64,000 bases of DNA from Rhizaria sp. SCN 62-66 (taxonomy: Eukaryota): contig MEDY01000069.1 of the NCBI GenBank assembly GCA_001724265.1, positions 62,001-126,000 of the forward strand. Direction: 5' to 3'. The notes beneath the pieces were generated by a model. The model ran no database searches, had not been told where the DNA came from, and worked only from the letters and a program-made list of their open reading frames with translations. Shown piece after piece: positions 1 to 10,788 of this stretch (position 1 is its first letter; every line of letters starts with the position of its first letter). The position numbers were made by a program, and so were the translations under genes.

Positions 1-59
1 TGCGAGCATAGTCGATATGAGTTGTACTTATGCGGTAAACATCGTTGATTTGAGCGTAC

Positions 60-3000
60 CTGGTGATCGGAGGAGTCGAGTCCGCGGACATAGGCCTCAT
101 ACTTGGACCTGCTCTGGCAGCGGAGCCGAAGCTTGTCGATGGAGCGGTCACCGGAGACGATGTACTCGGTGTAGTCGTCCGTCGAGCGGTCGGAGCGCGA
201 GTAGATGTGCGCGGCGATGTTGGAGCTGAGGTACGACTTAGAAAGTTGGCGGTACGAAGAGTCCGTGACGCGGGGCGCACGGTACTTCTTGCCCGTGCGC
301 GCGCACTCGGCCTTGCGCTCAGCCTCGACACGCTCGACTTCGGCCTTGGCAGCGCGCGCCGCGGCCTTGATCTCAGCGTCGGCCGCATCAGCCGCGCGGC
401 GCCACTCGTTGTGCTTGATGATGTACGTCATGAAGCCGTCGACGCGCACGCACAGACGCACGACGTAGAGCAGAATGGCACTGCTGCGGGGCGAGTACTT
501 GCCCGTGTCGAGCTCGAGCGCGAGCGTGAGCAGCGAGGTGATGCACTTGACGATGCCATGCGGCGCCTTCTGCAGCTCGTTGAAGAGCAGACCGCACGGC
601 GTGCCCAGGTGAGTGCGGTTCGGCGCCGGCACGACCTTGGGGATGTACGTCGCATACGCGTTCTGCCACAGGTCGGGCTCGAACAGAACGTAGTCGAGCA
701 GCTCGCGCAGCTCGGGCGCGCCGAGAGCGAGGATGCGCTCGGGCGTGGCGAAGAACTGCAGGATGAGCGGGATGCGCATGTACGGCACGGTGAGGTATGA
801 CGCCAGCAGCTCAGACTCGCGCTGGCGCAGACGGCCGCCGAAGTCGGGGAGCTTGGAGACGTGCAGCACGTCCTCTTCGTCGTCGATCTCGGCATTGCAG
901 TACAGCGACGGGTCAGCGCCGGAGTCGGACTTGGGCTTGAACGTGGTGAAGATACGCTTGATGCGGCTGAAGAAGCCCTTGTTAGCAGTGGCGATCTTGT
1001 CAGACTTGGCGTTGGCCTTGTTCTGGTCCTTCTCCTGCTGCGCGGCGTCGGCGTCGGCACCGGTCTTGATGTCCAAGTTCTTGCCATTGCCGTCCTCGCT
1101 GTCACTGTCATCGTCGTCAGTCTCCTCACCCTCGACCTTGACCTTCTTGGGATCGAAGCAACGCAGGCGCTTGAGGCGGAAGCCGGCGACGTTGTAGCGG
1201 CCGCGGATCATGTGCTTCTGCGCCGCTACCTGCACTTTTTTGCCGTTCTCCTTGGGCTTGCGCTCGTGCTCAGGGCGCCACGACCACGCCAGCGTGGCGT
1301 CGTTGTGTGTCCACGCACGCAGATCAGGCAAGTGCTCCGACGTCGGGTTCATCAGGTACTTAAACATGAAGATGATATCACGGAAGTACCCGAGCTCTTT
1401 AAACAGCGACATCACCTCGGGGTCCTCGCCGGTGAAGTAGAGCGGGAGCCGCTTCTTGTCGGCGTTGAAGCCGATGTCCCAGGCGAGCTGCTCCATGAGC
1501 TGCTGCATGTTGCCCAGCTCCATGGTGCGCTCGAAGGCCATGATGAAGTGGTCATCGCGAATCATCTTGCGCTGCGCGAAGAAGTAGTCGAGCACCTTGG
1601 TACGGCAGAGCGCAAGCTCAGGCTGCGTGAAGATCATCGTCTCAGACTGCTCCGCGAAGTGGCCCATGTCGATGCCGAACGGCAGCAGGTGGAACCGCGG
1701 GTTCGGCGGCGACCGGCCTGCCATGTGCAGCGAGAAGAGCGACGGCACATCGCACGCAACCGTGCGCACTACGTTGTCGGCCATAGTCGCGATCACGGAC
1801 ATAACGAGGATGCGCGCGGCGTCGAACGAGCGCGTGGCCTTAAGCGACAACGAGCAGGCAGCGAAGTGGCGCGAAACCTGACGCAGCGAGTGCAGAATGT
1901 CGATCTGCGTCTCGTAACGCATCGGCTTGGACCACAGACACTTGTCTTTGTGCTTCGAGTCGTGCGGCAGCGGGACGGGGATAACGTTGGTGAACACGTG
2001 CTGGATGAACGCGGCGCGCAGCGGGTACGTGTTCTTGATCACGGTGCCCTGGTACATCATCAGCGTGCACATCTGGTCGCAGTAGCGCAGCGCGTTGCGC
2101 ACGTCGGTGTAGTTGGTCACCGGGTCCGGCACCAGCGTGAACTCGATCGGCCGGAACATCGGCGGGATCGCGGCGGGACCAGCAAGGCCCTCGACCGAGT
2201 CGTCGCGGCGCAGCGACTCAAACCCGGGCAGCGGCGAGAAGGTGATGAGCCCGTCCTGGGAGACGTTGTGGGCCTGCGCGGGGCACTCGCCCTGGAAGGC
2301 CACCGCGGGGGGCGCGCAGGGTTGGTTGATCGAATCGAGCGGGAGCGCGGCCGCGGCGCGCTCGATTGCAACAGTGAGCGCGAAGACCTCGCGCAGCTGC
2401 GCGGTAGACGTCACGGCGTTGTCCATCTGCGCGCAGAACGCGGCCGTGGACGCGAGCTGCTTGGCGGCGTGGGACACGGCGAGGCGCTCGCCGGCGCGCA
2501 GAGAGCCAGAGGACAGCAGATCGGTCTCGACGAGACGCATCATCTGCCACTTAAGACACATGGCCAGGTGTTCCACGCGCGGCGCCGTGAGTCCGTAAAG
2601 CCACATGAGCAGCTTGCACGAAGCCATGAGCGCCAGCGCGCCCGAGGGGTCGCCACCGACGGCGCGGGGCCCCCAGAGAGGCTCCTTGTCCGTGGCCGTC
2701 GCGTAGGGTAGCTGCGGGGCGCACGCGCGCTGGATGCTCGCGGCGTCCGTGTCGGTCGACAAAGGGACGATGCAGTTGACGTTGATCGTCGCCTGCAGCG
2801 GCGTGTCGTTGAGGAACGGCAGGATGACTTCGTAGAGCATCTTGGCCGTGTTGGCGTCGTCGGGGAACACCTGCATGCGGAGCAAGAAGAGCCAGAAGGC
2901 CGTGTCCTGCAGCTTGGCGGCGTTGACGTTGTCGAACAGCAGCGCGAGTTGGTACTGCGTCGAGGGCGCCTTGTGCTCGGTGTTCTTGTTCAGGTTGTGC

Positions 3001-4580
3001 TGCACGCGCACGGGGTGGTACTCGAGGCCGGCGTTGGTCGACACCACGGCGAACACGAACGCGCCCTTGCGCTTGAAGACGCAGTAGATGACAGACTGCA
3101 GGTCGTCCTTGTCCTTGCTGAGCCAGCCGCCGGGCACGATGACCATCTCGCCCTCTGTCACCGAGTGTACGCGCGCCGTGATGACAGAGATCGCGTCCAC
3201 CAGCTTCTGCGGGTCCTCGCTCGCGCCAGGCACGCGGCCGGCGATGACCTTGGCGTGCGCGAGCGCGTCCGAGACGGCGCGCAACACGCCCAGGTCCGAG
3301 GCCGGGCACACGGAGGTCACGGACTCAGGGTTCCGCGCAACTACCGCCTCAGCCGTGAGCCGGAACAGCTCCAGCGACGTCAGCAGACGCTCGTTGGTGG
3401 GCTTGGCGCGCGTCACGGGCGCGCGCGCGCCGGCGCCGGTACCCTCCGCGGGGCCCGCGCCGGGGTAGAGGTCCGCGGCGACGGCGGCGTCGGAGTAGCA
3501 GTGGTCCGCGAAGACCGACACGAAGGCAGGCGAGCGGTAGATGGCCTGCTCGCCGAAGGTGAGCCCGGCGCCGCGGTAGCCTGCGCTGCCGTGCGCGCCC
3601 GTCAGCGAGGCGTCGGTAACGCCGCGCGCGATGGCCGGCAGCAGCGAGCCCGCGTCCGCGGCGGCGGCGGCGGCGGCCGCGGAGGTGTAGGTCAGGCCGG
3701 GGGGCGCCATCTCGGGGTGTGCAGACATGTACACGTCAAACGGCGAAGCGGCGGGCGTCTGCACCGCTGGGTTCGCGGGCTGCGCGCGCGCGCCCGTTAC
3801 CGAGGTGACCGAGAGCGCGGGCGGCGCGTTAGCGTTGGGCACGAACGGCGCGTTCTGCTGAAACTGTGGCTGTGGCTGCGAAAGCGGCTGCGCCTGGATG
3901 AAGGCCCCGGAGGGCGACGCGGCCGAGAACGACGGCGACGGTGGCGGACGCTGCGGGGCCGCCGCGGGCGCGCTGGCGGCGGGCGCGGCGCCGAGCGCGG
4001 GGTTGCCCGTGAATGAGTTGTACATCTTGGCGCCCGAGATGAGCGTGGTGGCCTGCACGCCGCCGTAGGGCGTGTCCACAGTGACACCCTGGACGGCCGA
4101 GGGCGGGACGGCGGCGAGCACCGAGGCCGTAGTGTTGGCCGCGGCACGGGCCTGCTCGGGGGTCATGGTGACGCTGTGGCCTGTGCTTGTCGTGAACGTC
4201 ATACCACTGCTAGAAGAGCCGCTGTTAACGGCGTTGGAGTTGCTGTTGGGCGCGGCGGGGGGCGCAAAAGCAGAGGACGGCGGCGGCGGTGGCGGGGGCA
4301 GCGTCGACGGACGGCGGAACTGGTCGCTGCCAGCGCCGGCGCCGACCGGAGGCGCGGGGGGCGCGGAGCTGGGCGGCGGCGGCAGCGGGCGAGAGCCGCC
4401 GCCAACTGGCGGGAGCGGTGCAATGGGGCGCGAAGTCGAGTACATGGGCTGGTAACCAGCAGCCGGAGACGCGCCGGGGGCGGCGCCGTCCTGGCCCTGG
4501 GCCATGCGCGAGGAGACATTTTGCAGCGCGGCGGCCAGGTTGGCGTTGCGCTGCGGCGGGGTCGGCGGAGGAGCAGACAT
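60..4580 (-). CDS. Large hypothetical protein, first exon (1507 codons); continues beyond the window after an intron. Tentatively the N-terminal part of a giant protist DUF3638/DUF3645-type protein
   Basis: Stop-free minus-strand frame from ATG at 4580 (MSAPPPTPPQRN...) to a CAG|GTACGC donor at 60/59. It is absent from the ORF track because it runs off the edge. Strong GC3 bias. Globular segments include VPGGW...AGLEYHP, FWLFLLR...LYEVILPFL and ESELLASYLTVPYMRIPLILQFF. The family assignment is from memory and tentative. Confidence 0.75.
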
Positions 4581-5338
4581 CCTGAGTGGTGGAGGGGGCG
4601 CGGGGGTGCGGGTGCAAGCGCTGCAAGCGGGACGTCACGCCGCGGGTGCAGAGCTGTGCGAGATGGAGAAGACCGACTCGGGTTGTAAGTGAAACCCGAA
4701 CGTCTTCGCGAGCGTGCAGAGGTAGATAGAAAGCAGGGCAAGTGATAGGATGTGTGTGGTCAGCCGATGAATCTTCAGGTTTAGCGGACAAAATACAGAA
4801 TCATGGTAAAATCCATATGTACTAGGACACGTTATAATCGCTCCGATGCGATTCGATACCAAAGGCATCGATAACACTCGCAATTTGGAAGCCCTAGACG
4901 CTCGAGGCAGAGAATCTCCGAGCCTTCGTCATGATTGAGTGGGGATGTTTCGGCGATTGAGATCCCCGAGCACACAGTTATTGTCGTTGTCTTGGCAAAT
5001 TGCAATCATAATGACACAGTCATGCCAAGGCACGTCTAAGTCAGAATTAAATTAGAGCGTTTGTGTGTTTGGGCGCATCGGATTTCACTCGAGAAAAGTC
5101 AACCCCAGAGGGCTTCGTCGCTCGCGAGAGCCACGAGGCGGTCGGCCAACTTTTTTGCGAACGAGATAGGCTCGTTCTGGGAGTTCGATTTTTTGGGAAG
5201 ATGTGGCCCCTATCTCGAGGTCTGATTCCTGCCATTTTGCGACGTCATTGGGCTACGTCACACTACTTCCACGACAGAACCCCTTTTGAGTCACATTATA
5301 TTTCTGCAGCGTCACGGCTCCGACCCACCGCCACTCGC

Positions 5339-6610
5339 ATGGTATCCCTGCGATTCGCCCTTGTGCTCGCTTGGGCAGCAACTGCAATCTTGACTCTGCT
5401 GGCGACCGCCCCGGCGCCAGTGTCTGCCGACATCGCCAACGCCTTCAACGATGACATGTTTGCGGGCACCCTCTTTCCGTCCGAATCTGCGCCCGGCGGC
5501 GAGGTCCTCACCTCGCGTGGTCTCGAGGGTCCTGTGTCATGCGTGACGCCCGACCCCTCCCGTCTCTCGTTCTGCTCCCGCCACGTCACCTACCCGGTCT
5601 CGTCCACGCTGCTGCGCGAGCTGGAGGCGCGCGACACCGCCGCACACCAGGGCGTGCTGAGCACGGACGACCGCCCACGATGCAAGTTCTACGCAAACGC
5701 GCGCTGGCAGTGCCGCAAGCACTTCCCCCCGTGCATCCAGAGTTCGCGCCGCGTCGCCGCCGCCGTCGCGGCCGCGGTCGCCACGAGCTCCGAGCCTGAC
5801 GCCGCGCCGCTGCCGATCCCGGACATCCCGATGCTTAAGATCTGCCGCTCCGTGTGCGAGTTTGCGCCTGTGTGGCAGAACGGCGTGTGCCGATTCTTCT
5901 CTGCACAATACTTCGCACAAGAGTGCGCCAACGACGCCTTCTACTCCTCCGACCCGCTCTTCTGCGAGGACATCCGCGAGCCCAGCGACATGCCACGCTC
6001 ATACGCCTGGCGCAACTACGTCGCCGTCGTCTTCGCGGCTTTCGGCGCGCTCATGGCGCTGCGCTTGCTCTGGAGCTGGTGCCGCGAGCGCTCTTACCGT
6101 AAGAAGCTCGCAGCCGACCTCGACAGGGAGCGCAGGGACTTTCAGGCCGCCGGCGCGCGGTCTGCGCTGGCCCTGCTGAAGGACTCGCTGTCCGAACGCG
6201 AAGCAGTGTACTTTGTCTCGCCTAACCAGCGCCAGCTCTCGCGCAGCACCAACAGCAACAGCAACAGCAACAGCATCAGCAACAGTAACGGGGCGAGCTG
6301 CAATAACAACAGTACGAACAGCAATAACAGCAGTGCGAATAAGCCTGCGATCACGAGAAGTGGCAACAGTGATAGCTCGGCCGCTGCTGGTGATGACGCT
6401 GCGACACTGCGTCAGCGCAATACTAACGCCACTGCCACTGTTGCTCCTGCTGCCTCGGACAAGAGTAACAGTAGCCGCGCTGAAGCTAAGAGCGCTGTCA
6501 CGACCCCGGCCAAGAGCAAGAATAGCGGTGCGAGTGCCAGCGCCAGCCCGAAGACTGCCACGACCGCGACGCCTGCTGCGGGCAGCGCGCGCTCCCCTCA
6601 AAAGGGTTGA
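5339..6610 (+). CDS. Type I membrane protein with a cysteine-rich (Frizzled-CRD-like) ectodomain, 423 aa
   Basis: Signal peptide MVSLRFALVLAWAATAILTLLA. Cys pattern FC..HVTYP / C...WQCRKHFPPC / ICRSVC. One TM helix (YVAVVFAAFGALMALRLLW) and an N/S/A-rich tail. TGA stop. Confidence 0.7.
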   Translation: MVSLRFALVLAWAATAILTLLATAPAPVSADIANAFNDDMFAGTLFPSESAPGGEVLTSRGLEGPVSCVTPDPSRLSFCSRHVTYPVSSTLLRELEARDTAAHQGVLSTDDRPRCKFYANARWQCRKHFPPCIQSSRRVAAAVAAAVATSSEPDAAPLPIPDIPMLKICRSVCEFAPVWQNGVCRFFSAQYFAQECANDAFYSSDPLFCEDIREPSDMPRSYAWRNYVAVVFAAFGALMALRLLWSWCRERSYRKKLAADLDRERRDFQAAGARSALALLKDSLSEREAVYFVSPNQRQLSRSTNSNSNSNSISNSNGASCNNNSTNSNNSSANKPAITRSGNSDSSAAAGDDAATLRQRNTNATATVAPAASDKSNSSRAEAKSAVTTPAKSKNSGASASASPKTATTATPAAGSARSPQKG

Positions 6611-7324
6611 GCTTAGCGCGTTGCTTTCGCAGCCGTGCCGCAGTTCCAGCCGTCCTGATTACCGCACACGAGCTATGAGCGCAACAACAAGTGCTGTGTA
6701 AAGTACAGTGCGAAATTTATTATGTCTAAGGTTATCAATTGATTGATTTGCATTATTATGTCTCAGTTTGGTTTCTTATAGGTGTGTTTTGTAGCGATAT
6801 TTTTGTTCACAAACGTTTGCAATCCTGACTTGTATATTTTTTAGCGAGACTTGAATAGTCACTCATTATCTATTCTATATTGGTTATTTAGCACTTTGAT
6901 AGTATTACATGTATGTTTGTCCTTGTTTGTTAGTTTGTATTCTTTCTTCCTCGTCATTGCCATCGCTGTCCTGTCACGTGTCACGGTCACTTCGTCGCAG
7001 CTCTCAGATGAATGAGCTAGCTCTTTTGCTGTGTAGTGACTTTGACTAACTTCGATGTACTACGGGGATACGCAACCGCTACCGTGTGCCGTATTCATGT
7101 TATATATTATGATCGTACTAATACCATCACAAGTTGCTGTATTCAGGCCCAATATCTAGATATTCGTGGCCCACTTTTAAAGATAATGTGGCCTCTTCAC
7201 AGTGTGAAATACACACCGTTTCTTTCAAACAATACGTGATGATATCCAACACAATCATCATTATATAAGCAACATGGTCTTGTGCTTGTAGGATCTTTCT
7301 TTGTTATTCAGCGATCAAATTAGC

Positions 7325-10300
7325 TCATCCCAGTGCGCTCGCGCTCCCGGGTCCGTGATGCCCCTGGCCCTGCCCCTGTCCTTGCCTGCCGGCGCCAGCG
7401 CCCGCAATCTGCACGTCTTGCAGCACCGGCCTGGCCGCGATGGCATCTGTACTCACCACGGGCGCAGTGCCCCACGCACTGGTGCCACTGCCGGGCCCGT
7501 ACATAGGGCCGCCGACAGCGCCGTTGTCGCCGTCGGCGTTGTCGCGACAGCTGCCGCTGGTGCCGCCGTTGCTGTAGATGTCGCTGTCGTCAGAGCGCGG
7601 GCGCGCGCGCGGGCGGGCACCAGCCCCGGTCCCAGTGTTTGCGTCTGCGTTGCCATCGTCGCCACCAGTTTCGCCGCTGATGTTGCCGACGTTGCTGCCG
7701 CCACCACCGAAAGGCCGTGCGTCGTCTCCACCACGCGACTGTGCATCTCCGTGCAGCTTGTAATACTCCGCAGCGGGCGGCTTGTAGTCAGCGACGTAGG
7801 GCAGCGCCACCGCAGCGCGGCGGTCGGCCTCCGCCGCGGCCGCCGCGGCGGCGGCGTGCGCGCGCGGCTGCAGCGTGGGTGGCGCAAGGATTGCAATCGC
7901 GTCATCGTTGGCCGCCGCGGCCTCGGGCAGCGGCACGCCAGTCGCGGCCATCGCGTCCTTGAGCGTGGAGACCTGGTGAACCAACGCGTCCACGAGAGAC
8001 GTCTGCCGGCGCCGCTGCGAGCGCAGGGAGCGGTTGTCCGCCGCGAGCGCCAGATTGCGCGCGAAGAAGGCCTTGTTAAGCGCGACGAGCTGGTCAATGC
8101 GGCTGTGCATGTTGGCCAGCGGGCCCGAGATGTCTTCCAGAGTCTCCTCCAGAAGCGTCGCAGCGGCCTCGGGGCGCGTCACGGCCTCCATAACGCGCGC
8201 GAGCTGGTGCTGGTACCGCGCAGACGTGCCCTCGATCGCGGCGCGCTGCGACGGCGGCAGCGACGACAGCGGCGCGCCGCCCGTGGGTCGCAGCACTGAC
8301 TGCAGCACGGGGCCCAGCGCACGGTGCACGCGCATCATGCGCCGGTGAATCAGCTGCCGGTGCGACAGCGAGTGGCCGATCACACGCCGCATGAGCGTCA
8401 GAAACGACTGCCGGTGCGCGGCCGCGGTGGCTTCCTGCTGCTGCAGCTTCTCGGTCAGCCGGTCGCGGTTCGCGTGTTCCTCGAGCAGTTGCCGCGTCAC
8501 GTGCACTGCGCGCGCCTCGGCGTTGCGCACGCGCGCGGTGCCGACGGCGAGCTGCGACGTGAACTGCGAGTGCATGAGGCGGGACGCGTCGACGTGCGCT
8601 GTGAGCGCCGCGCGCAGCCGCGCTGTCTCGTCCTCGAGCTCGGCCGCGCGCGCCTGCGCGGAGGCCGCGAGCGAGGCCAGGAAAGCCGCGGAGGCATCCG
8701 ATGCAGCGAGAGTCGCTGCGATGGCCACCGGGGGGCGCGGGGGCTCAACTGCAGCGGCAGCAGCAGCGTGGGCAGCGACGGCAGAATGGTGCAGAGAGTT
8801 CCGGGGCGAGATCGCGATGCCAGTGGCTGTGGCGCGCTTGCTGTTGCTCGCGCTCACGCTGAGGTTGTTGCTGGGGGAGATCGGGGGACTGGTGGGGCCG
8901 TTGCCCTGGCCGGTGCCGTGGCTGTGGCTGCCGGGAGCGCCGGCGTGCGAGTGCAACAGCAGTGACGGCATAGGCGAAGGCAGACGAGTCCCAGGCACAC
9001 CGTTGCCGCTGTTACCAGCCCCAGCATTTGCATTGTTACTGTTGTTCGCGTTGGCCTGGGCAGACATGGGAGGCGACGGGGGCGCCGAAGGAACCATCAT
9101 GCCGCGGGGCGACACAACGAGCGCCGGCGCGCCGCCGCTGGAGCTGCTGGCGGCGCTGTTGCCCGGAGTCTTCAGCTGCATCTTGCCGCCACTGCCCGCG
9201 CCGGCGTCAGTCGCGCTCGCGCCGCCGACTGTGCCCGACGCAGCGCCGGCATTGCTGCTCGCGGCAGCGTTTGCGTTGGCGCTGTTGGGGGCGGCGGTGG
9301 CCGCAAGCGTGGGCGACTGTGTCGCCGAAGATGCGCCGCGCTTCTGCTTCTGCTGTTGTTGCTGTTGCTGCTGCTGCTGCTGCTGCTGGTTTGACGCTGT
9401 AGGGCTGACGACGCGCGGCTGCATTGCAGGCGTCGCAGCGGTAGATGTAGGCGCAGGCGGCGTCGCAGCAGTCGTCGTTGACGCAGTAGCAGCAACAGAG
9501 ACGGCAGCGGGCTGAGCCATGGTCGTGTTTGATTGCGACGGCGATTTGGCGGCGGCGGACTGGGGCTTGGCGGAGGCTGTGGTGGCGGCTTTGGGAGCGG
9601 CGTCGGCCTGCTTGTGCTCCAGAGACTGCTGCTGTTGTGCCTGCTGCGGCTGCAACTGCTGCTGCTGGTGCTGCGGAGTGCTAGGACGAGAGAGGCGGAA
9701 CCTCGGGGCAGCGACCGTCGCTGCAGAAGCAGCCGCAGCTGCAGGAGTCGTCGCCTGCGCCTGCGAAGGGGGCTGGTCCGATGCAGTCGCAGGGGTAGGG
9801 CTTGTCGTAGTGTTCGCCGTGCTTGCAGATGCAGATGTCGCAGTCGATGGCGCGCCGGCCGCGGGCTGCTGAGCAGGTTGACTAGCGGGTGCAGGCGCAG
9901 GAGTAGGTGCCGTGGCGGTTGTTGCAGTCGCGGTGGTGGGAGCAGCTGTCGCGGGGCCACTCGGGCCGGGTGTGGGAGCCTTGGTCGAGACCAGCAAGCG
10001 CGGGCGCGAACCACGGCGCACGATGACGGGGTTCCCCTCGGGGCCGGCTGAGTCGGCGGGCGCTGTGTCGGCCTGGAACTGCGCCGGGGCGGCTGCAGGT
10101 TGCGGTTGCTGCTGCTCCGGTTGCCCCTGCTGTTGCTGCTGCTGCGGTTGCGGGGTCGATGTTGAGGCGGGTGGTGGGTCAGAGGGGGCGCTTCCACTGG
10201 CGTTGGCGTCCGTCGCCTGAGCCGACGACGGGCGCAACAAACGAAAACGCGACTTTGAGGAGGAAGAAACCATCGTGGAAGAGTCGGTCGGCATAACGTC

Positions 10301-10369
10301 AGCGCCACCGGCCGCGGGCGAGGCTTCGGGGCGCTCTGGCCCAACAACGACAGCCTCTGGCGTTGCCAT
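7325..10369 (-). CDS. Hypothetical low-complexity/coiled-coil protein, about 1014 aa
   Basis: Long ORF from ATG 10369 flanked by AT-rich spacers. A/Q/P/S-rich N-terminal half and a heptad-like helical region (AAELEDETARLRAAL...RDRLTEKLQQQ). TGA stop. Confidence 0.75.
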   Translation of the reverse strand: MATPEAVVVGPERPEASPAAGGADVMPTDSSTMVSSSSKSRFRLLRPSSAQATDANASGSAPSDPPPASTSTPQPQQQQQQGQPEQQQPQPAAAPAQFQADTAPADSAGPEGNPVIVRRGSRPRLLVSTKAPTPGPSGPATAAPTTATATTATAPTPAPAPASQPAQQPAAGAPSTATSASASTANTTTSPTPATASDQPPSQAQATTPAAAAASAATVAAPRFRLSRPSTPQHQQQQLQPQQAQQQQSLEHKQADAAPKAATTASAKPQSAAAKSPSQSNTTMAQPAAVSVAATASTTTAATPPAPTSTAATPAMQPRVVSPTASNQQQQQQQQQQQQQKQKRGASSATQSPTLAATAAPNSANANAAASSNAGAASGTVGGASATDAGAGSGGKMQLKTPGNSAASSSSGGAPALVVSPRGMMVPSAPPSPPMSAQANANNSNNANAGAGNSGNGVPGTRLPSPMPSLLLHSHAGAPGSHSHGTGQGNGPTSPPISPSNNLSVSASNSKRATATGIAISPRNSLHHSAVAAHAAAAAAVEPPRPPVAIAATLAASDASAAFLASLAASAQARAAELEDETARLRAALTAHVDASRLMHSQFTSQLAVGTARVRNAEARAVHVTRQLLEEHANRDRLTEKLQQQEATAAAHRQSFLTLMRRVIGHSLSHRQLIHRRMMRVHRALGPVLQSVLRPTGGAPLSSLPPSQRAAIEGTSARYQHQLARVMEAVTRPEAAATLLEETLEDISGPLANMHSRIDQLVALNKAFFARNLALAADNRSLRSQRRRQTSLVDALVHQVSTLKDAMAATGVPLPEAAAANDDAIAILAPPTLQPRAHAAAAAAAAEADRRAAVALPYVADYKPPAAEYYKLHGDAQSRGGDDARPFGGGGSNVGNISGETGGDDGNADANTGTGAGARPRARPRSDDSDIYSNGGTSGSCRDNADGDNGAVGGPMYGPGSGTSAWGTAPVVSTDAIAARPVLQDVQIAGAGAGRQGQGQGQGHHGPGSASALG

Positions 10370-10788
10370 TCTGGAGACGCGAATGCAAGCGTAGATCAAC
10401 AGAAATTAAAGTGTGCGAAATAAATATGACGTAATCGCTACATATTCTACTATATTTCACCATTGGCATTTCAAATGACGGTTTCTATGAGCGGTGCGAG
10501 GGAGTAACTGACGTCCCTTGATCGAGACATTTCTCACAGCCAACCACAAAACTCGCACTGTATGGCGACAGCCCTGCTGGAGAGCACTTTTCAGTACTGT
10601 TTCGAGTTAAAATTACACGTTGTGCTGGAAATAATCTTTTGTATGTAACAAGTGCAACGTGGCCATTCGTAATTTAGTACTCGAAAATAAATATACTGCC
10701 ACCATTGTACCTTAAAGTGCATCCTCACACTGCTGCTTAACAGTATCAATCCTCTGTGTTGGAAACGTCACCCAACTTGCATCAGCTC

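Noticed and set aside
63-4688. Long plus-strand ORFs (63-800, 861-2711, 2949-4016) and similar antisense ORFs elsewhere (21119-23446, 38607-40046, 50593-52599, 60143-61525)
   Set aside because: They are antisense shadows of GC3-rich genes, with no recognisable motifs and R/V/G/L-rich composition.
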